Source: an uncultured Actinomycetota bacterium (GTDB lineage Bacteria > Actinomycetota > Actinomycetes > JAHEKZ01). Taken from it: DNA of 64,000 bases. Location of the stretch: positions 1,056,001-1,120,000 of the forward strand of contig CAVQYR010000001.1 in the NCBI GenBank assembly GCA_963718235.1. Direction: 5' to 3'. Under the pieces are notes generated by a model. That model ran no database searches. It saw nothing but the letters and a program-made list of their open reading frames with translations, and had not been told where the DNA came from. Each line of letters opens with the position of its first letter. Within the stretch, counting starts at the first letter, position 1. The translations under genes were made by a program, and so were the position numbers. Shown here in pieces: positions 10,698-20,868 of the stretch.

Positions 10698-11999
10698 ATG
10701 TCCCCTCGTCTTGCAGCCGTGCTCGCTTTGGTGAGTCTCCTCGCCGCGGCGGCCGTGGCCGTCCACCACGCCCTCACCACCTTCCCCACGGGCCTGGTCG
10801 CCCTCGGCCTGCTTGCGCTTGCCGCGGTTGTGGCCTGGCAGGGGCTGATCCGCGGTGGTGGAGCGAGAACCGGAGCGTGGGTCGTGGCCGCCCTTCTGGT
10901 CGCGGGGGCCCTCGGGGTCCTCCTCGTAGACGGGGTCAAGGTCAGCGGGCTGCTCACCGTCGTGCTCCTGCTGGTCGCCGTGGCCCTGAGCAAGCGGGCC
11001 TTCTCGGTGCACCTGCGTCTGCCCGCGGCACCCGCTCCGCAGCGCGCGGTGGTCGTCTACAACATCAAGTCCGGCGGCGGGAAGGCGCTCACGAACAACC
11101 TCGCCGAGGAAGCCCGCAAGCGTGGCATCGAGCCGCGCGAGTTCCAGCCCGGCGAGGACTGGGAGCAGGTCGTCCGCGACCTGGTCGCCCAGGGCGCCGA
11201 CGGACTTGCAGCGGCCGGAGGCGACGGCACGCAGGCGCTGGTCGCCACCATCGCGGCCGAGCACGACCTCCCGTTCGCGTGCATCCCGGCGGGCACGCGC
11301 AACCACTTCGCCCTCGACCTGGGCGTCGACCGAGACGACGTGGTCGGTGCGCTGGACGCCTTCGTCAACGGTGGGGAGAAGCGGGTCGACCTGGGCGAGG
11401 TGAGCGGGCGGGTCTTCGTGAACAACGTGTCGCTGGGCCTGTACGCCGAGGCGGTGCAGAACGAGGGCTACCGCGACGCCAAGATCCGCACCCTGCTCGA
11501 CACCGTCCCGACCATGCTCGCACCCGGTGGTGGAGAGGTAGCCCACGAGCTGCGCTGGACCGGGCCGGACGGCACTCCGGAGCGGTCCGCGGCGGTCGTC
11601 CTGGTCTCCAACAACGTCTACCGGCTCGGGCGGGCGATCGGCTCCGGCACCCGCCCCCGCATGGACAAGGGGCAGCTGGGGGTGGCGGTGATGGGCGCCG
11701 CAGACGGCGGTGACGGGCGCCGACACGCCCTGCGTGAGTGGGCGACCAGGGAGTTCGTGATCGAGTCCGAGGGGCAGGTGCCGCTGGGGGTCGACGGTGA
11801 AGCCCTGGTCATGGCGAGCCCCGTGACCTTCCGGATCCGACCGGCCGCCCTGCGGGTGCGGATCGCCCCGCAGCACCCTGGCGCATCGCCGTCCGCGGCC
11901 CAGCCGAGCGGGCTGCGCGATGGCGTGCGTCGGCTCTTCAAGGTCGCCGGCGGCGCCGACCCGGCCGACCTCGGCGCCGCCGGTCCGCTGGGTCCCTAG
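10698..11999 (+). CDS. Diacylglycerol/lipid kinase family protein with N-terminal TM region
   Basis: YNIKSGGG, AAGGDGT, IPAGTRNHFA, FVNNVSLG, VDGE. Confidence 0.88.
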   Translation: MSPRLAAVLALVSLLAAAAVAVHHALTTFPTGLVALGLLALAAVVAWQGLIRGGGARTGAWVVAALLVAGALGVLLVDGVKVSGLLTVVLLLVAVALSKRAFSVHLRLPAAPAPQRAVVVYNIKSGGGKALTNNLAEEARKRGIEPREFQPGEDWEQVVRDLVAQGADGLAAAGGDGTQALVATIAAEHDLPFACIPAGTRNHFALDLGVDRDDVVGALDAFVNGGEKRVDLGEVSGRVFVNNVSLGLYAEAVQNEGYRDAKIRTLLDTVPTMLAPGGGEVAHELRWTGPDGTPERSAAVVLVSNNVYRLGRAIGSGTRPRMDKGQLGVAVMGAADGGDGRRHALREWATREFVIESEGQVPLGVDGEALVMASPVTFRIRPAALRVRIAPQHPGASPSAAQPSGLRDGVRRLFKVAGGADPADLGAAGPLGP

Positions 12000-12008
12000 G
12001 CTCCGGGC

Positions 12009-12677
12009 ATGGTGCAGGCGGGTGTGCCGGAGGGTCGTCGCGGGGAGCGGCGGCTGCCGATGGCGCTTGCCGTCGTCGTGGCGGCCGCCCTGAACTTCCT
12101 GATCCCGGCCGAGTTCCGGGTCAGTGAGGCCTCCCCTTACGCCTACCCCGCGTTCCTGGTCATGCTGCTCGGCATCCTGATCATCGGCGACCCCGGACGG
12201 ATCGACCGCCAGAACCGATGGCTGCGGGTCGTGACGGGGGTGATGGTCGGCTTGATCACGGCGGCCGCTGCCGTCTCCGCGCTGCGACTCGTCGTGGCGA
12301 TCCTGGTCGGTGACCAGTTCGACACCGCTGGAGTGCTGCTGACCATCGGCGCCGTGGTCTGGGTCACGACCGTCATCGCGTTCGCCCTCTGGTACTGGCA
12401 CCTGGACTGCGGAGGTCCGGCGGCCCGGGCGAACGGGGACTACGCGGTGCTGCCGGCCTTCCGGTTCCCCGAGCAGGACATCGACTCGCCCGCCTATGCC
12501 GGCTGGTACCCGCAGTTCGTCGACTACCTGGCGCTGTCGTTCAACACCGCGACGTCCTTCGGTCCTACCGACGTCCCCGCGGTTCGGCACTGGTCGAAGC
12601 TGTGGCTGATGACTGAGTCGGGCATCTCGCTGGCGCTGATCGGTCTTGTCGTCGCCCGGGCGATCAACGAGCTCTAG
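12009..12677 (+). CDS. DUF1345-like membrane protein
   Basis: FALWYWHLD, FRFPE, PQFVDYLALSF..FGPTDV; several TM helices. Confidence 0.75.
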   Translation: MVQAGVPEGRRGERRLPMALAVVVAAALNFLIPAEFRVSEASPYAYPAFLVMLLGILIIGDPGRIDRQNRWLRVVTGVMVGLITAAAAVSALRLVVAILVGDQFDTAGVLLTIGAVVWVTTVIAFALWYWHLDCGGPAARANGDYAVLPAFRFPEQDIDSPAYAGWYPQFVDYLALSFNTATSFGPTDVPAVRHWSKLWLMTESGISLALIGLVVARAINEL

Positions 12678-12739
12678 TCGACCCAGTCGACCGCGGCGCC
12701 CGGGCCGGCGGGCAGCGCCCATGGGCCTCGAGCGTGCTC

Positions 12740-12816
12740 TGGGGTGAGTGACGGGGCTCGAACCCGCGACAACCGGGACCACAACCCGGTGCTCTACCAG
12801 CTGAGCTACACCCACC
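12740..12816 (-). tRNA. tRNA-His(GTG)
   Basis: Reverse complement G-GTGGGTGTAGCTCAGCTGGTAGAGCACCGGGTTGTGGTCCCGGTTGTCGCGGGTTCGAGCCCCGTCACTCACCCCA; G-1 and CCA encoded. Confidence 0.95.
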
Positions 12817-12846
12817 ATTGCCGCAGCAAGCTGCAGCCCCGAGAGT

Positions 12847-13449
12847 CTAGCCGGGTGGTGAGATCTCGGCTGCCAGGGCCTTCGCGGTCTGCGAGTCCGG
12901 GCCGGGCGGCGGGACGAACACCGCGGCCCGGTAGTAGCGCAGCTCGGCGATCGAGTCCTTGATGTCACCCAGGGCCCGGTGGCCGCCTGTTTTGGCGGGG
13001 GCGGCGAAGTAGGCCCGTGGGAACCAGCGCCGGGCGAGCTCCTTGATGCTCGAGACGTCGACCATGCGGTAGTGCAGGTGGCCGTCGAGCGTGGGCATGT
13101 CGCGCGCGATGAAGTTGCGGTCAGTGGCGATCGAGTTGCCGGCCATCGGCGCCTTGCGGACGTCGGGCACGAACGAGGTGACGTAGTCCATGGCCTGCTG
13201 CTCGGCGTCGGCCAGGGAGATCCCGTCGTCGAGGACGTCGATCAGGCGGGAGGTCGTGTGCATGGTGCGCACGAAGTCGTCCATCTGGGCCAGGGCCCTC
13301 GCCGGGGGGCGGATCACGACGTCGACGCCCTCACCCAGCACGTTGAGCTCGTCGTCGGTGACCAGGACCGCCAGCTCGATCAGGGCGTCGTGCACCAGGT
13401 CGAGACCGGTCATCTCGCAGTCGACCCAGACCAGGTGTCCGTTGCTCAT
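12847..13449 (-). CDS. orn: Oligoribonuclease
   Basis: LVWVDCEMTGLD, AGNSIATDRNF, HYRMVDVSSIKEL, HRALGDI; next to tRNA-His. Confidence 0.95.
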   Translation of the reverse strand: MSNGHLVWVDCEMTGLDLVHDALIELAVLVTDDELNVLGEGVDVVIRPPARALAQMDDFVRTMHTTSRLIDVLDDGISLADAEQQAMDYVTSFVPDVRKAPMAGNSIATDRNFIARDMPTLDGHLHYRMVDVSSIKELARRWFPRAYFAAPAKTGGHRALGDIKDSIAELRYYRAAVFVPPPGPDSQTAKALAAEISPPG

Positions 13450-13497
13450 GACCTTCAACCCTAGGGGCCGTGGTCAGCGTCGACGAGGATGGGTGCC

Positions 13498-14892
13498 ATG
13501 AGCGAGCCGACCCTGACCTTCCTCGGTGCAGCGGGAACGGTGACCGGGAGCAAGTTCCTGCTGGAGCTCGACGGTGGGGCCACGCCCACCCGGGTGCTGG
13601 TCGACGCCGGCCTGTTCCAGGGGCTGCGCGAGCTGCGCCGGCGCAACTGGGAGCCGTTCCCGGTGCCGCCGTCCAGCCTCGACGCCGTCGTGCTGACCCA
13701 CGCCCACCTCGACCACTGCGGCTACCTGCCGGCCCTGGCCAGGGACGGGTTCACCGGTCCGGTCTGGGCGACCGACGGCACCGCCGACCTGGCCGAGCTG
13801 GTGCTGCGGGACAGCGCCAAGCTGCAGGAGGAGGACGCGGCGTACGCGGCCGGCAAGGGGTTCTCCAAGCACGTACCCCCCAAGCCGCTGTACGACGGCG
13901 CCGACGTCGAGCGGTTGCTGCCGCTGTTCTCCCGCGTGCCCTTCGGCGCCTCCACCGAGGTGGCCGGTGGTGTTCATGCTGTGCTGCAGCCGGCCGGACA
14001 CATCCTGGGGTCGTCGAGCGTTCAGCTTCGGCTCGCTGGCCGAAGCGTGCTCTTCAGCGGCGACCTGGGCCGCCCCTCACACCCGTTGCTCGCTGCACCG
14101 CCACCCCCTCCGGCGTCCGACGTGGTCGTCGTCGAGTCGACCTATGGCAACCGAGGACACGACCCGAACGGTGAGGCAGTCCTGGCCGACGCCGTGCGCC
14201 GCACGGTGCAGCGCGGCGGGACCGTGCTCATCCCCGCGTTCGCTGTCGACAGGACCGAGGTCGTGCTGATGGCGCTGCGTCGCCTCATGACCTCAGGGCA
14301 GATTCCCCACGTACCGGTCTTCGTGGACAGCCCGATGGCGCTGTCCGGACTGGCCATCTACCAGGAGGCGCTGCGCCACCACAGCGTCGAGCTTCGCTCC
14401 GACCTGGGTGACCCGGCGACGGTCTTCGACCCGGGCGACCTGCGCCGCGCGCGCACCCCTGCGGAGTCGATGGAGCTCAATGCGCCACGTACCCCCTGCA
14501 TCGTCGTCTCGGCGTCCGGGATGGCCACCGGGGGGAGGGTGGTGCACCACCTGAAGCACCTGCTGCCCGACCACCGGAGCACGGTGCTGCTGGTCGGCTA
14601 CCAGGCCGTGGGGACCCGCGGGCGCGACCTCGCCGAGGGGGCCACGGAGCTGAAGATGCACGGCCGCTACGTACCGGTCCGGGCTGAGGTCGTGGCTGTG
14701 CCGGGCTTCTCCGTGCACGCAGACGCGGCCGAGCTGCTTGCGTGGCTGCGCAGCATGCCGGGGGTGCCCGAGGTCGCCTACGTGGTGCACGGGGAGCCGG
14801 AGGCCTCGTGGGCGCTGGCCGGGCGGATCCGCGACGAGCTCGGCTGGATGTCGGTGACGCCGCGCGACGGCGAGCGGGTTCGGCTCAGCTGA
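13498..14892 (+). CDS. MBL-fold beta-CASP ribonuclease
   Basis: FLGAAGTVTGS, THAHLDHCG, AGHILG, FSGDLG, ESTYG, FSVHAD, VHGE. Confidence 0.92.
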   Translation: MSEPTLTFLGAAGTVTGSKFLLELDGGATPTRVLVDAGLFQGLRELRRRNWEPFPVPPSSLDAVVLTHAHLDHCGYLPALARDGFTGPVWATDGTADLAELVLRDSAKLQEEDAAYAAGKGFSKHVPPKPLYDGADVERLLPLFSRVPFGASTEVAGGVHAVLQPAGHILGSSSVQLRLAGRSVLFSGDLGRPSHPLLAAPPPPPASDVVVVESTYGNRGHDPNGEAVLADAVRRTVQRGGTVLIPAFAVDRTEVVLMALRRLMTSGQIPHVPVFVDSPMALSGLAIYQEALRHHSVELRSDLGDPATVFDPGDLRRARTPAESMELNAPRTPCIVVSASGMATGGRVVHHLKHLLPDHRSTVLLVGYQAVGTRGRDLAEGATELKMHGRYVPVRAEVVAVPGFSVHADAAELLAWLRSMPGVPEVAYVVHGEPEASWALAGRIRDELGWMSVTPRDGERVRLS

Positions 14893-15853
14893 CGACCACG
14901 TCGTCGATCGGACGGCGCGGGGTGGCTGGTGCCGGCGACGCGAAGCCGATCCGCATGATCATCTGGGCGTAGCCGATCGGTTTGTCGGGGTCGCGGACGA
15001 GCCACCGCAGCGACGGCGCCTCCAGCGGCTGGTTGGCGAAGGTGGAGACCAGTCCTTCGACCGTGGCCACGAGCAGCACCCGCTGAAGGGCTTGCCCGGT
15101 CACCATCCACGCCTCGTGGTCGTCGCGTCGAGTGGTGAGCACCGCGAGGGTGGGGTCGGCCTCGAAGACCGCGAAGCTGCGGCCGGGGATCGTGCGTCCG
15201 AGCGTGAGGTCACGAAACGGCGTGGCGGTGGTGGCGGGCAGCGGGCCGAGCGCTCGCTCGGGCACACCATCGGCCCGGTCGTCGCTGACCCCCGTCCACT
15301 TCGTCGCCTCGTCGATGCGCACCGGGTTGGTCTCGTGGTCCAGGTCGGCCTCGTGGATGAGCTCGACCAGGCGACGTCGGTCCTGCCGGTCGCTGATCAC
15401 GTGCAGGTCGGCGCCCTCCTGGCGGGCCGCCTCGACCAAGGCGTCGACCACCGAGCGAGGCACCGGCCGGTCCTCGTAGGGCTGGCGGTTGGTGTGACGG
15501 CGGTCGATCGCCGAGAACAGCTCCGTCGCCATTCCCGCGTGGTCGTGCTGCCCGGCCAAGGAGACCTGGGCGAGCAGATCCGGGCGAGCCTCGTCGGGGA
15601 GCAAGGTGACCTGCGGTCGGTAGCCGAGGTGCTCGGCGGCCACCCGCAGGTTGAGCAGTGCCGCGCCGCACGACACGATCAGGGCCCGACCGTCGGGGTC
15701 CTGTCCGTGCAGCTGCCGTGATGGGTCGGCCAGCAGGTCGATCCCGCCGTCGTGGACGTCGAACAACCACGGTTGGGTGTTGTGCACCGAGGGTGCGGCG
15801 ACTGCAGCCGCCAGCAGCAGCCGCTGCTCGGTGGAGAGTGGAGCGGTGCTCAT
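14885..15853 (-). CDS. Acg-family FMN-binding oxidoreductase
   Basis: APSVHNTQPW, DPDGR..SCGAAL.NL, RRHTNR, GQALQRVLL, TPRRP. Confidence 0.9.
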   Translation of the reverse strand: MSTAPLSTEQRLLLAAAVAAPSVHNTQPWLFDVHDGGIDLLADPSRQLHGQDPDGRALIVSCGAALLNLRVAAEHLGYRPQVTLLPDEARPDLLAQVSLAGQHDHAGMATELFSAIDRRHTNRQPYEDRPVPRSVVDALVEAARQEGADLHVISDRQDRRRLVELIHEADLDHETNPVRIDEATKWTGVSDDRADGVPERALGPLPATTATPFRDLTLGRTIPGRSFAVFEADPTLAVLTTRRDDHEAWMVTGQALQRVLLVATVEGLVSTFANQPLEAPSLRWLVRDPDKPIGYAQMIMRIGFASPAPATPRRPIDDVVVS

Positions 15854-16752
15854 GACCCGGCCGGCCGGACGACGAGCACCGGTGCGTGCGCGTGGTGCAG
15901 GACGGCGTGGCTCACCGAACCGAGCATCAGGCTGGCGAACCCTCCTCGACCGCGGGATCCCACAACCACCAGCTCAGCGCCCCGAGACGCGTCGACGAGC
16001 ACCTTGCTGGTGCGCCCCTGGACCAGTCGCTGCTCGACGTCGACGTCGGGGTACTGCTCCCGAAGACCCGCGATCGTCTCGGAGACGAGCTCCTGCTCCT
16101 CCTGGTCCAGGTCGACCTGGAGGTCGGCGGCCGGTTCGGCAGCCCCTGGGGCGCCGAAGCCGGGCGCGTCCCAGGCGTGCAGCACGGTCACCCCGACGCC
16201 GCGCATCGACGCCTCCAGGAAGGCCACCTTGGCTGCCTGCGACGAGAGCTCGGACCCGTCGACGCCGACGATCACCCGGCCGGCGTCACGACTGGCACCC
16301 TCGCCGAGGGTGTGCGGGCGGACCACCGCGACCGGGCAGGACGCGTGGGTGGCCACCTGCAGGCTGACCGATCCCACCAGGAGCTCGGCGAAGCTGCTCA
16401 GACCACGTGAGCCCACGACCACGGTCGACGCCTGCTTCGAGGCGTCGATCAGTGCGCCGGCCGGAGGTACCGTGCGCAGCTCGGTGCTGACCTCGACGTC
16501 GGGCGCGACCGTGTTGGCGTAGGCCACGGCCTCGTCGACGAGGGTCTGGGCGACGCCCCGTAGGGCGTCCTCGCTCGGACCGGTGATCGCGGGCCCCATG
16601 GCGACGGGTGGGAGCGGGATCGACCAGGCGTGCAGGACGTGGACCGGAAGCCGGTGGTGCGAGGCGCTGACCAGGGCCCAGTCGAGCGCACCGCGCGCGG
16701 CGTCGGATCCGTCGAGGCCGACGACGATCGGCGGACGTGGGCTTGTGCTCAT
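15850..16752 (-). CDS. Tandem-domain universal stress protein
   Basis: Two IVGxDGS...VVGSRG..F..LLxGSVS repeats. Confidence 0.92.
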   Translation of the reverse strand: MSTSPRPPIVVGLDGSDAARGALDWALVSASHHRLPVHVLHAWSIPLPPVAMGPAITGPSEDALRGVAQTLVDEAVAYANTVAPDVEVSTELRTVPPAGALIDASKQASTVVVGSRGLSSFAELLVGSVSLQVATHASCPVAVVRPHTLGEGASRDAGRVIVGVDGSELSSQAAKVAFLEASMRGVGVTVLHAWDAPGFGAPGAAEPAADLQVDLDQEEQELVSETIAGLREQYPDVDVEQRLVQGRTSKVLVDASRGAELVVVGSRGRGGFASLMLGSVSHAVLHHAHAPVLVVRPAGS

Positions 16753-16780
16753 GGGACCTCCTGGCCAGGCGACACCAACC

Positions 16781-16827
16781 ACAGTGACCATCGTGCCTCG
16801 TGCCCAGGCAGGGCCGTTGGTCCCGAG
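16781..16827. promoter_or_regulatory. Pair of DosR/DevR-like boxes between divergent USP and ADH genes
   Basis: GCAGGGCCGTTGGTCCCGAG (16808-16827) and ACAGTGACCATCGTGCCTCG (16781-16800) resemble TTSGGGACTWWAGTCCCSAA. Confidence 0.6.
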
Positions 16828-16881
16828 CCGGTTCGGCGCCCGCCCCTGGGCAGGGGGCCCGCCAGGGCGCAGGCTGGGGTC

Positions 16882-17891
16882 GTGCGAGCGTGGGTGGTGG
16901 ACCGACCAGGGCCGGCGGCCACAGCGCCGCTGCGCCTGGTCGAGCGCGCCGAGCCGGCGCCCGGCCCCGGCGAGGTGGTCGTGGCGGTCGACGTGTGCGG
17001 GGTGTGCCGCACCGACCTGCACCTGGCCGAGGGTGACCTGGCGCCCCGGCGTCCGCTGGTGGTGCCGGGGCACGAGGTCGTGGGCCGGGTGGTCGCCCGG
17101 GGCGAGCGGGCCGAGCGCTTCGGCTTGGGCCAGCGGGTCGGCATCGCCTGGCTTCGGCACACCTGCGGTGTGTGCCGCTGGTGCCGCAGCGGCCGCGAGA
17201 ACCTCTGCCGGGAGTCGGAGTACACCGGCTGGGACGCCGACGGCGGGTTCGCCGAGCGGGCCGTCGTCCCGAGAGGCGTTCGCCTACGCGCTGCCGGCAG
17301 TCGTGGAGCGACGAGCGGCTGGCCCCGCTGCTGTGTGCGGGGATCATCGGCTACCGGTCGTTGCGGCGGGCTTCGCTGCCGCCCGGAGGACGGCTCGGCA
17401 TCTACGGCTTCGGGGCCTCCGCCCACCTGGCCGCCCAGGTGGCACTGCACGAAGGTGCCACGGTGCACGTCCTGACCCGGTCACCGGCGGCCCGCGAGCT
17501 CGCGTTGGCGTTGGGCTGTCACTCGGCCGGAGCTGCCGACGATGCGCCGCCGGAGCCCCTGGACGCCGCGGTGCTGTTCGCCCCCGCCGGGGAGCTCGTC
17601 CCGGTGGCCCTCGAGGCGCTCGACCAGGGCGGCACCCTGGCGGTTGCCGGGATCCACCTCAGCGACATCCCGCGCGCTGGACTACCAGAAGCACCTGTTC
17701 CGCGAGCGGCAGCTGCGTTCGGTCACGTCGAACACCCGGGCCGACGGCGAGGAGTTCCTCAGGCTGGCGGTCGCCGATGGACCTCGACGTCCACGTCGAG
17801 CCCGTACGCCTTCGACGACGCGGGCACCGCGTTGGCCGACCTGGCCGCCGACGCGGTCGACGGGGCCGCCGTCCTTCGGGTGAGTGGATGA
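16882..17891 (+). CDS. Zinc-dependent alcohol dehydrogenase, split by about 5 frameshifts
   Basis: [44 protein letters not shown] spread over three frames. Confidence 0.85.
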
Positions 17892-20463
17892 CCAGCGCCC
17901 TGCTGGGTCTGTCGTCGGCCGACGTCGAGCAGCGCCAGAGCCGCGACGGTCTCAACCGACTTCCTGAGCCTCGACGGACACCGCGTGTGTGGGTGCTCGC
18001 GCGCCAGATGACGCACTTCTTCGCCGTCATGCTCTGGGTGGCGTCGGTGCTGGCCTGGGTCGCCGGGTTCCCGGCACTCGGCGGTCGCGATCGCGGTCGT
18101 GGTCGTGGTCAACGGCCTCTTCTCGTTCTGGCAGCAGGACCGCGCCGACCGTGCGGCCGAGCGGCTGCGCGACCTGCTCCCGGTCCGCGCGGTCGTGGTC
18201 CGTGACGGCCATCGCGTGGCGGTCGACGCGAGCGAGCTCGTCGTCGACGACGTCGTCGTGCTCACCGGTGGTGACCGGGTCTGCGCCGACCTGTTGGTCA
18301 TCGAGGCAGCGCGTCTGGCGATGGACGAGTCGTTGCTCACCGGGGAGAGCCGAGCGGTGCACCCCGAGCCGGGCGACCCCCTGTGGGCCGGCAGCTACGT
18401 GGTCGAGGGTGAGGCCATCGCGCAGGTGGTGCAGACCGGGGAGCGCACCCAGCTGGCGGGCGTCGCCGCGCTCACCGCCGGCGTGCAGACCCGTCCGGGG
18501 CCGCTGACCCAGCAGCTGTCGCGGGTGGTCCGGGTCATCGCAGTGATCGCGGTGTCGGTGGGGGTCGCCTTCTTCGGGGTCGCCCTCCTGCTCGGCACCT
18601 CACCGGGCGAGGGGTTCCTGTTCGCCGTGGGGGTCACGGTCGCACTCGTGCCGGAGGGTCTGCTGCCCACGGTGACGCTGTCGCTGGCCCGCTCCGCGCA
18701 GCAGATGGCCCGATGAGCAGGCGCTGGTCCGTCGCCTCGACGCGGTGGAGACCTTGGGGTCGACGACCTACATCTGCTCGGACAAGACCGGCACTCTCAC
18801 GCGCAACCAGATGGCCGTCGTCGAGGTGTGGACGCCGTCGGGTGTCGCCGCCGTCGAGGGGGAGGGGTACGAGCCGCAGGGCCGGGTCGAGGCGGCGCCC
18901 GTGGTGCTCGAGGCGGTTCGCTCGCTCGCCCTGAGCGGGGTCGTCTGCTCCACCAGTCGGGTGCACGAGACGGCCAAGGGGTGGGTGCCGAACGGCGACC
19001 CGATGGAGGCTGCGCTTGTACGTTCTCGCGCAGCGCGCCGGTGTCGAGGTCGCCGTCCGGGTCGGCGGTCGGCTTCGGCGGCGTCCGGTTCCCCTTCGAC
19101 CCGCGACGGCGTCGGGAGTCGGCGGCGATCGACGGCGTCCTGCACGTGAAGGGCGCGCCGGACGCCGTCCTGCCCTTGTGCGCTCAGCCGTTCGACGCGT
19201 CCGACGTGGTCGTGTCGATGGCGGGTCGTGGCCTGCGCGTCCTCGCGGTTGCGTCGAGACCGTTGTCGGAGGTGGTCGACGGCCGAGCGGATCCGCAGAG
19301 CCTGGAGCGCGATCTGAGGCTGCTCGGGCTGGTCGGGATCCAGGACCCGCCGCGGGCGGGTGCGGCGGAAGCGGTGCGCGCGTGCCACGACGCCGGGATC
19401 CGGATGGCGATGGTCACCGGTGACCACCCGGGGACAGCTCGCGCGATCGCTGCGCAGGTGGGACTGCTCGGTGACGACGGCGTGGTGGTGAGTGGTGCGG
19501 AGCTGCCTCAGGACCGAAGGCGAGCTGGGCGAGCTGCTCGACCGTGACGGGGTCGTCGTCGCCCGGGTGACGCCCGCGGACAAGCTGCGGATCGCGGCCG
19601 CGCTCCAGGCGCGCGGCCACGTGGTGGCGATGACCGGCGACGGCGTCAACGACGGCCCTGCCCTGCGGCAGGCCGACATCGGCATCGCGATGGGTGCGTC
19701 GGGTACCGACGTGGCTCGGGAGGCGGCCGACCTGGTGCTGCTCGACGACCACTTCGCCACGATCGTGAAGGCCGTGGCGCTCGGGCGGTCGACCTTCTTC
19801 AACATCCGGCGCTTCCTCACCTACCACCTGACCGACAACGTGGCCGAGCTCGTGCCGTTCGTCGCGTGGGCGCTGACCGGCAGTTCGCTGCCACTGGCGA
19901 TCGGCGTCCTGCAGGTGCTGGCGCTGGACATCGGCACCGACCTGCTGCCGGCGCTGGCCCTCGGCGCCGAGCCACCCCACGGCGACCTCGCCCAGCGCTC
20001 ACCGCCTCGCGGACAGCTCATCGACCGCGGCGTGGTAGGACGCGCCTTCGGTCTGCTCGGACCGACCGAGGCCGTCATGTCGATGACAGCCTTCGTCGTC
20101 GTCCTCTCGGTCGGCGGCTGGACGTACGGCGAGACACCGTCGACGGCGCTGCTCGCCACCGCATCCGGAACCACGTTCGCGGCGATCGTGCTCGCGCAGC
20201 TGGCGAACGCGTTCGCCGTCCGCTCGACGGTGCTCCCGGCCTGGCAGCTGGATCCTCGGAGCAACCCCTTGCTCGTCGGTGCCGTCGGGGTCGAGGTGGT
20301 GCTGCTCCTCGCCTTCCTCACGGTGCCGCCACTTCCGCGGCTGCTCGGCGGAACCTGGCCGTCGCCGCTCGGCTGGGTCCTGGCGCTCCTCGCGGTCCCG
20401 GCGGTGGTCGGGGTCGATGCGGTCGCCAAGCAGTTGCGTCGTCGTCGGCGGTCAGTCGGATAA
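17888..20463 (+). CDS. Cation-transporting P-type ATPase (P2-type, CtpF-like), split by about 4 frameshifts
   Basis: [51 protein letters not shown]. Confidence 0.9.
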
Positions 20464-20540
20464 CCCCGTATGTCGGCGGGATGAACGATGCCCTATGCGT
20501 CGAGGGTGGCTCGGCGGTGCGCCTAGTCTGGAGTCCTTGG

Positions 20541-20578
20541 GACCCCGGCAGCGCAATCCCCCGGCGCGCCGGGGTTCC
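20541..20578 (-). terminator. GC-rich hairpin downstream of tRNA-Arg
   Basis: GGACCCCGGC...GCCGGGGTTCC inverted repeat. Confidence 0.45.
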
Positions 20579-20599
20579 GGGCTGACCTGGGTCGTGGCG

Positions 20600-20672
20600 C
20601 GCCCCCGGCAGGACTCGAACCTGCGACCAACTGCTTAGAAGGCAGCTGCTCTATCCGCTGAGCTACGGGGGC
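20600..20672 (-). tRNA. tRNA-Arg(TCT)
   Basis: Reverse complement GCCCCCGTAGCTCAGCGGATAGAGCAGCTGCCTTCTAAGCAGTTGGTCGCAGGTTCGAGTCCTGCCGGGGGCG. Confidence 0.95.
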
Positions 20673-20868
20673 GGGACGTGCGGAATTCCTTGTGGGAAAC
20701 CCGCTGGACCCTGCCGCGATCTGGTCGGATCGGGGCGGATCAAGTCTAGGGGGAGGACTTGAGCGCTGGTTCGGCCGCAGATGGGGTGTCAGGGAGCGAT
20801 TTCGTGGCTTTGAGTGGGCTGGTGGGCGCGGCTGAGCCGGGTGCGGTGACTGGTGGGGAACGCGAGGG

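Noticed and set aside
10635-12968. 777-aa minus-strand ORF and similar long shadow ORFs (2093-3199, 16583-18205, 43981-45417, 54207-55427)
   Set aside because: Antisense or off-frame to well-supported genes, lacking motifs; typical of high-GC DNA.
20600-20672. Classical integrase att site at the tRNA 3' end
   Set aside because: No duplicate of the tRNA 3' half and no integrase seen in the window.
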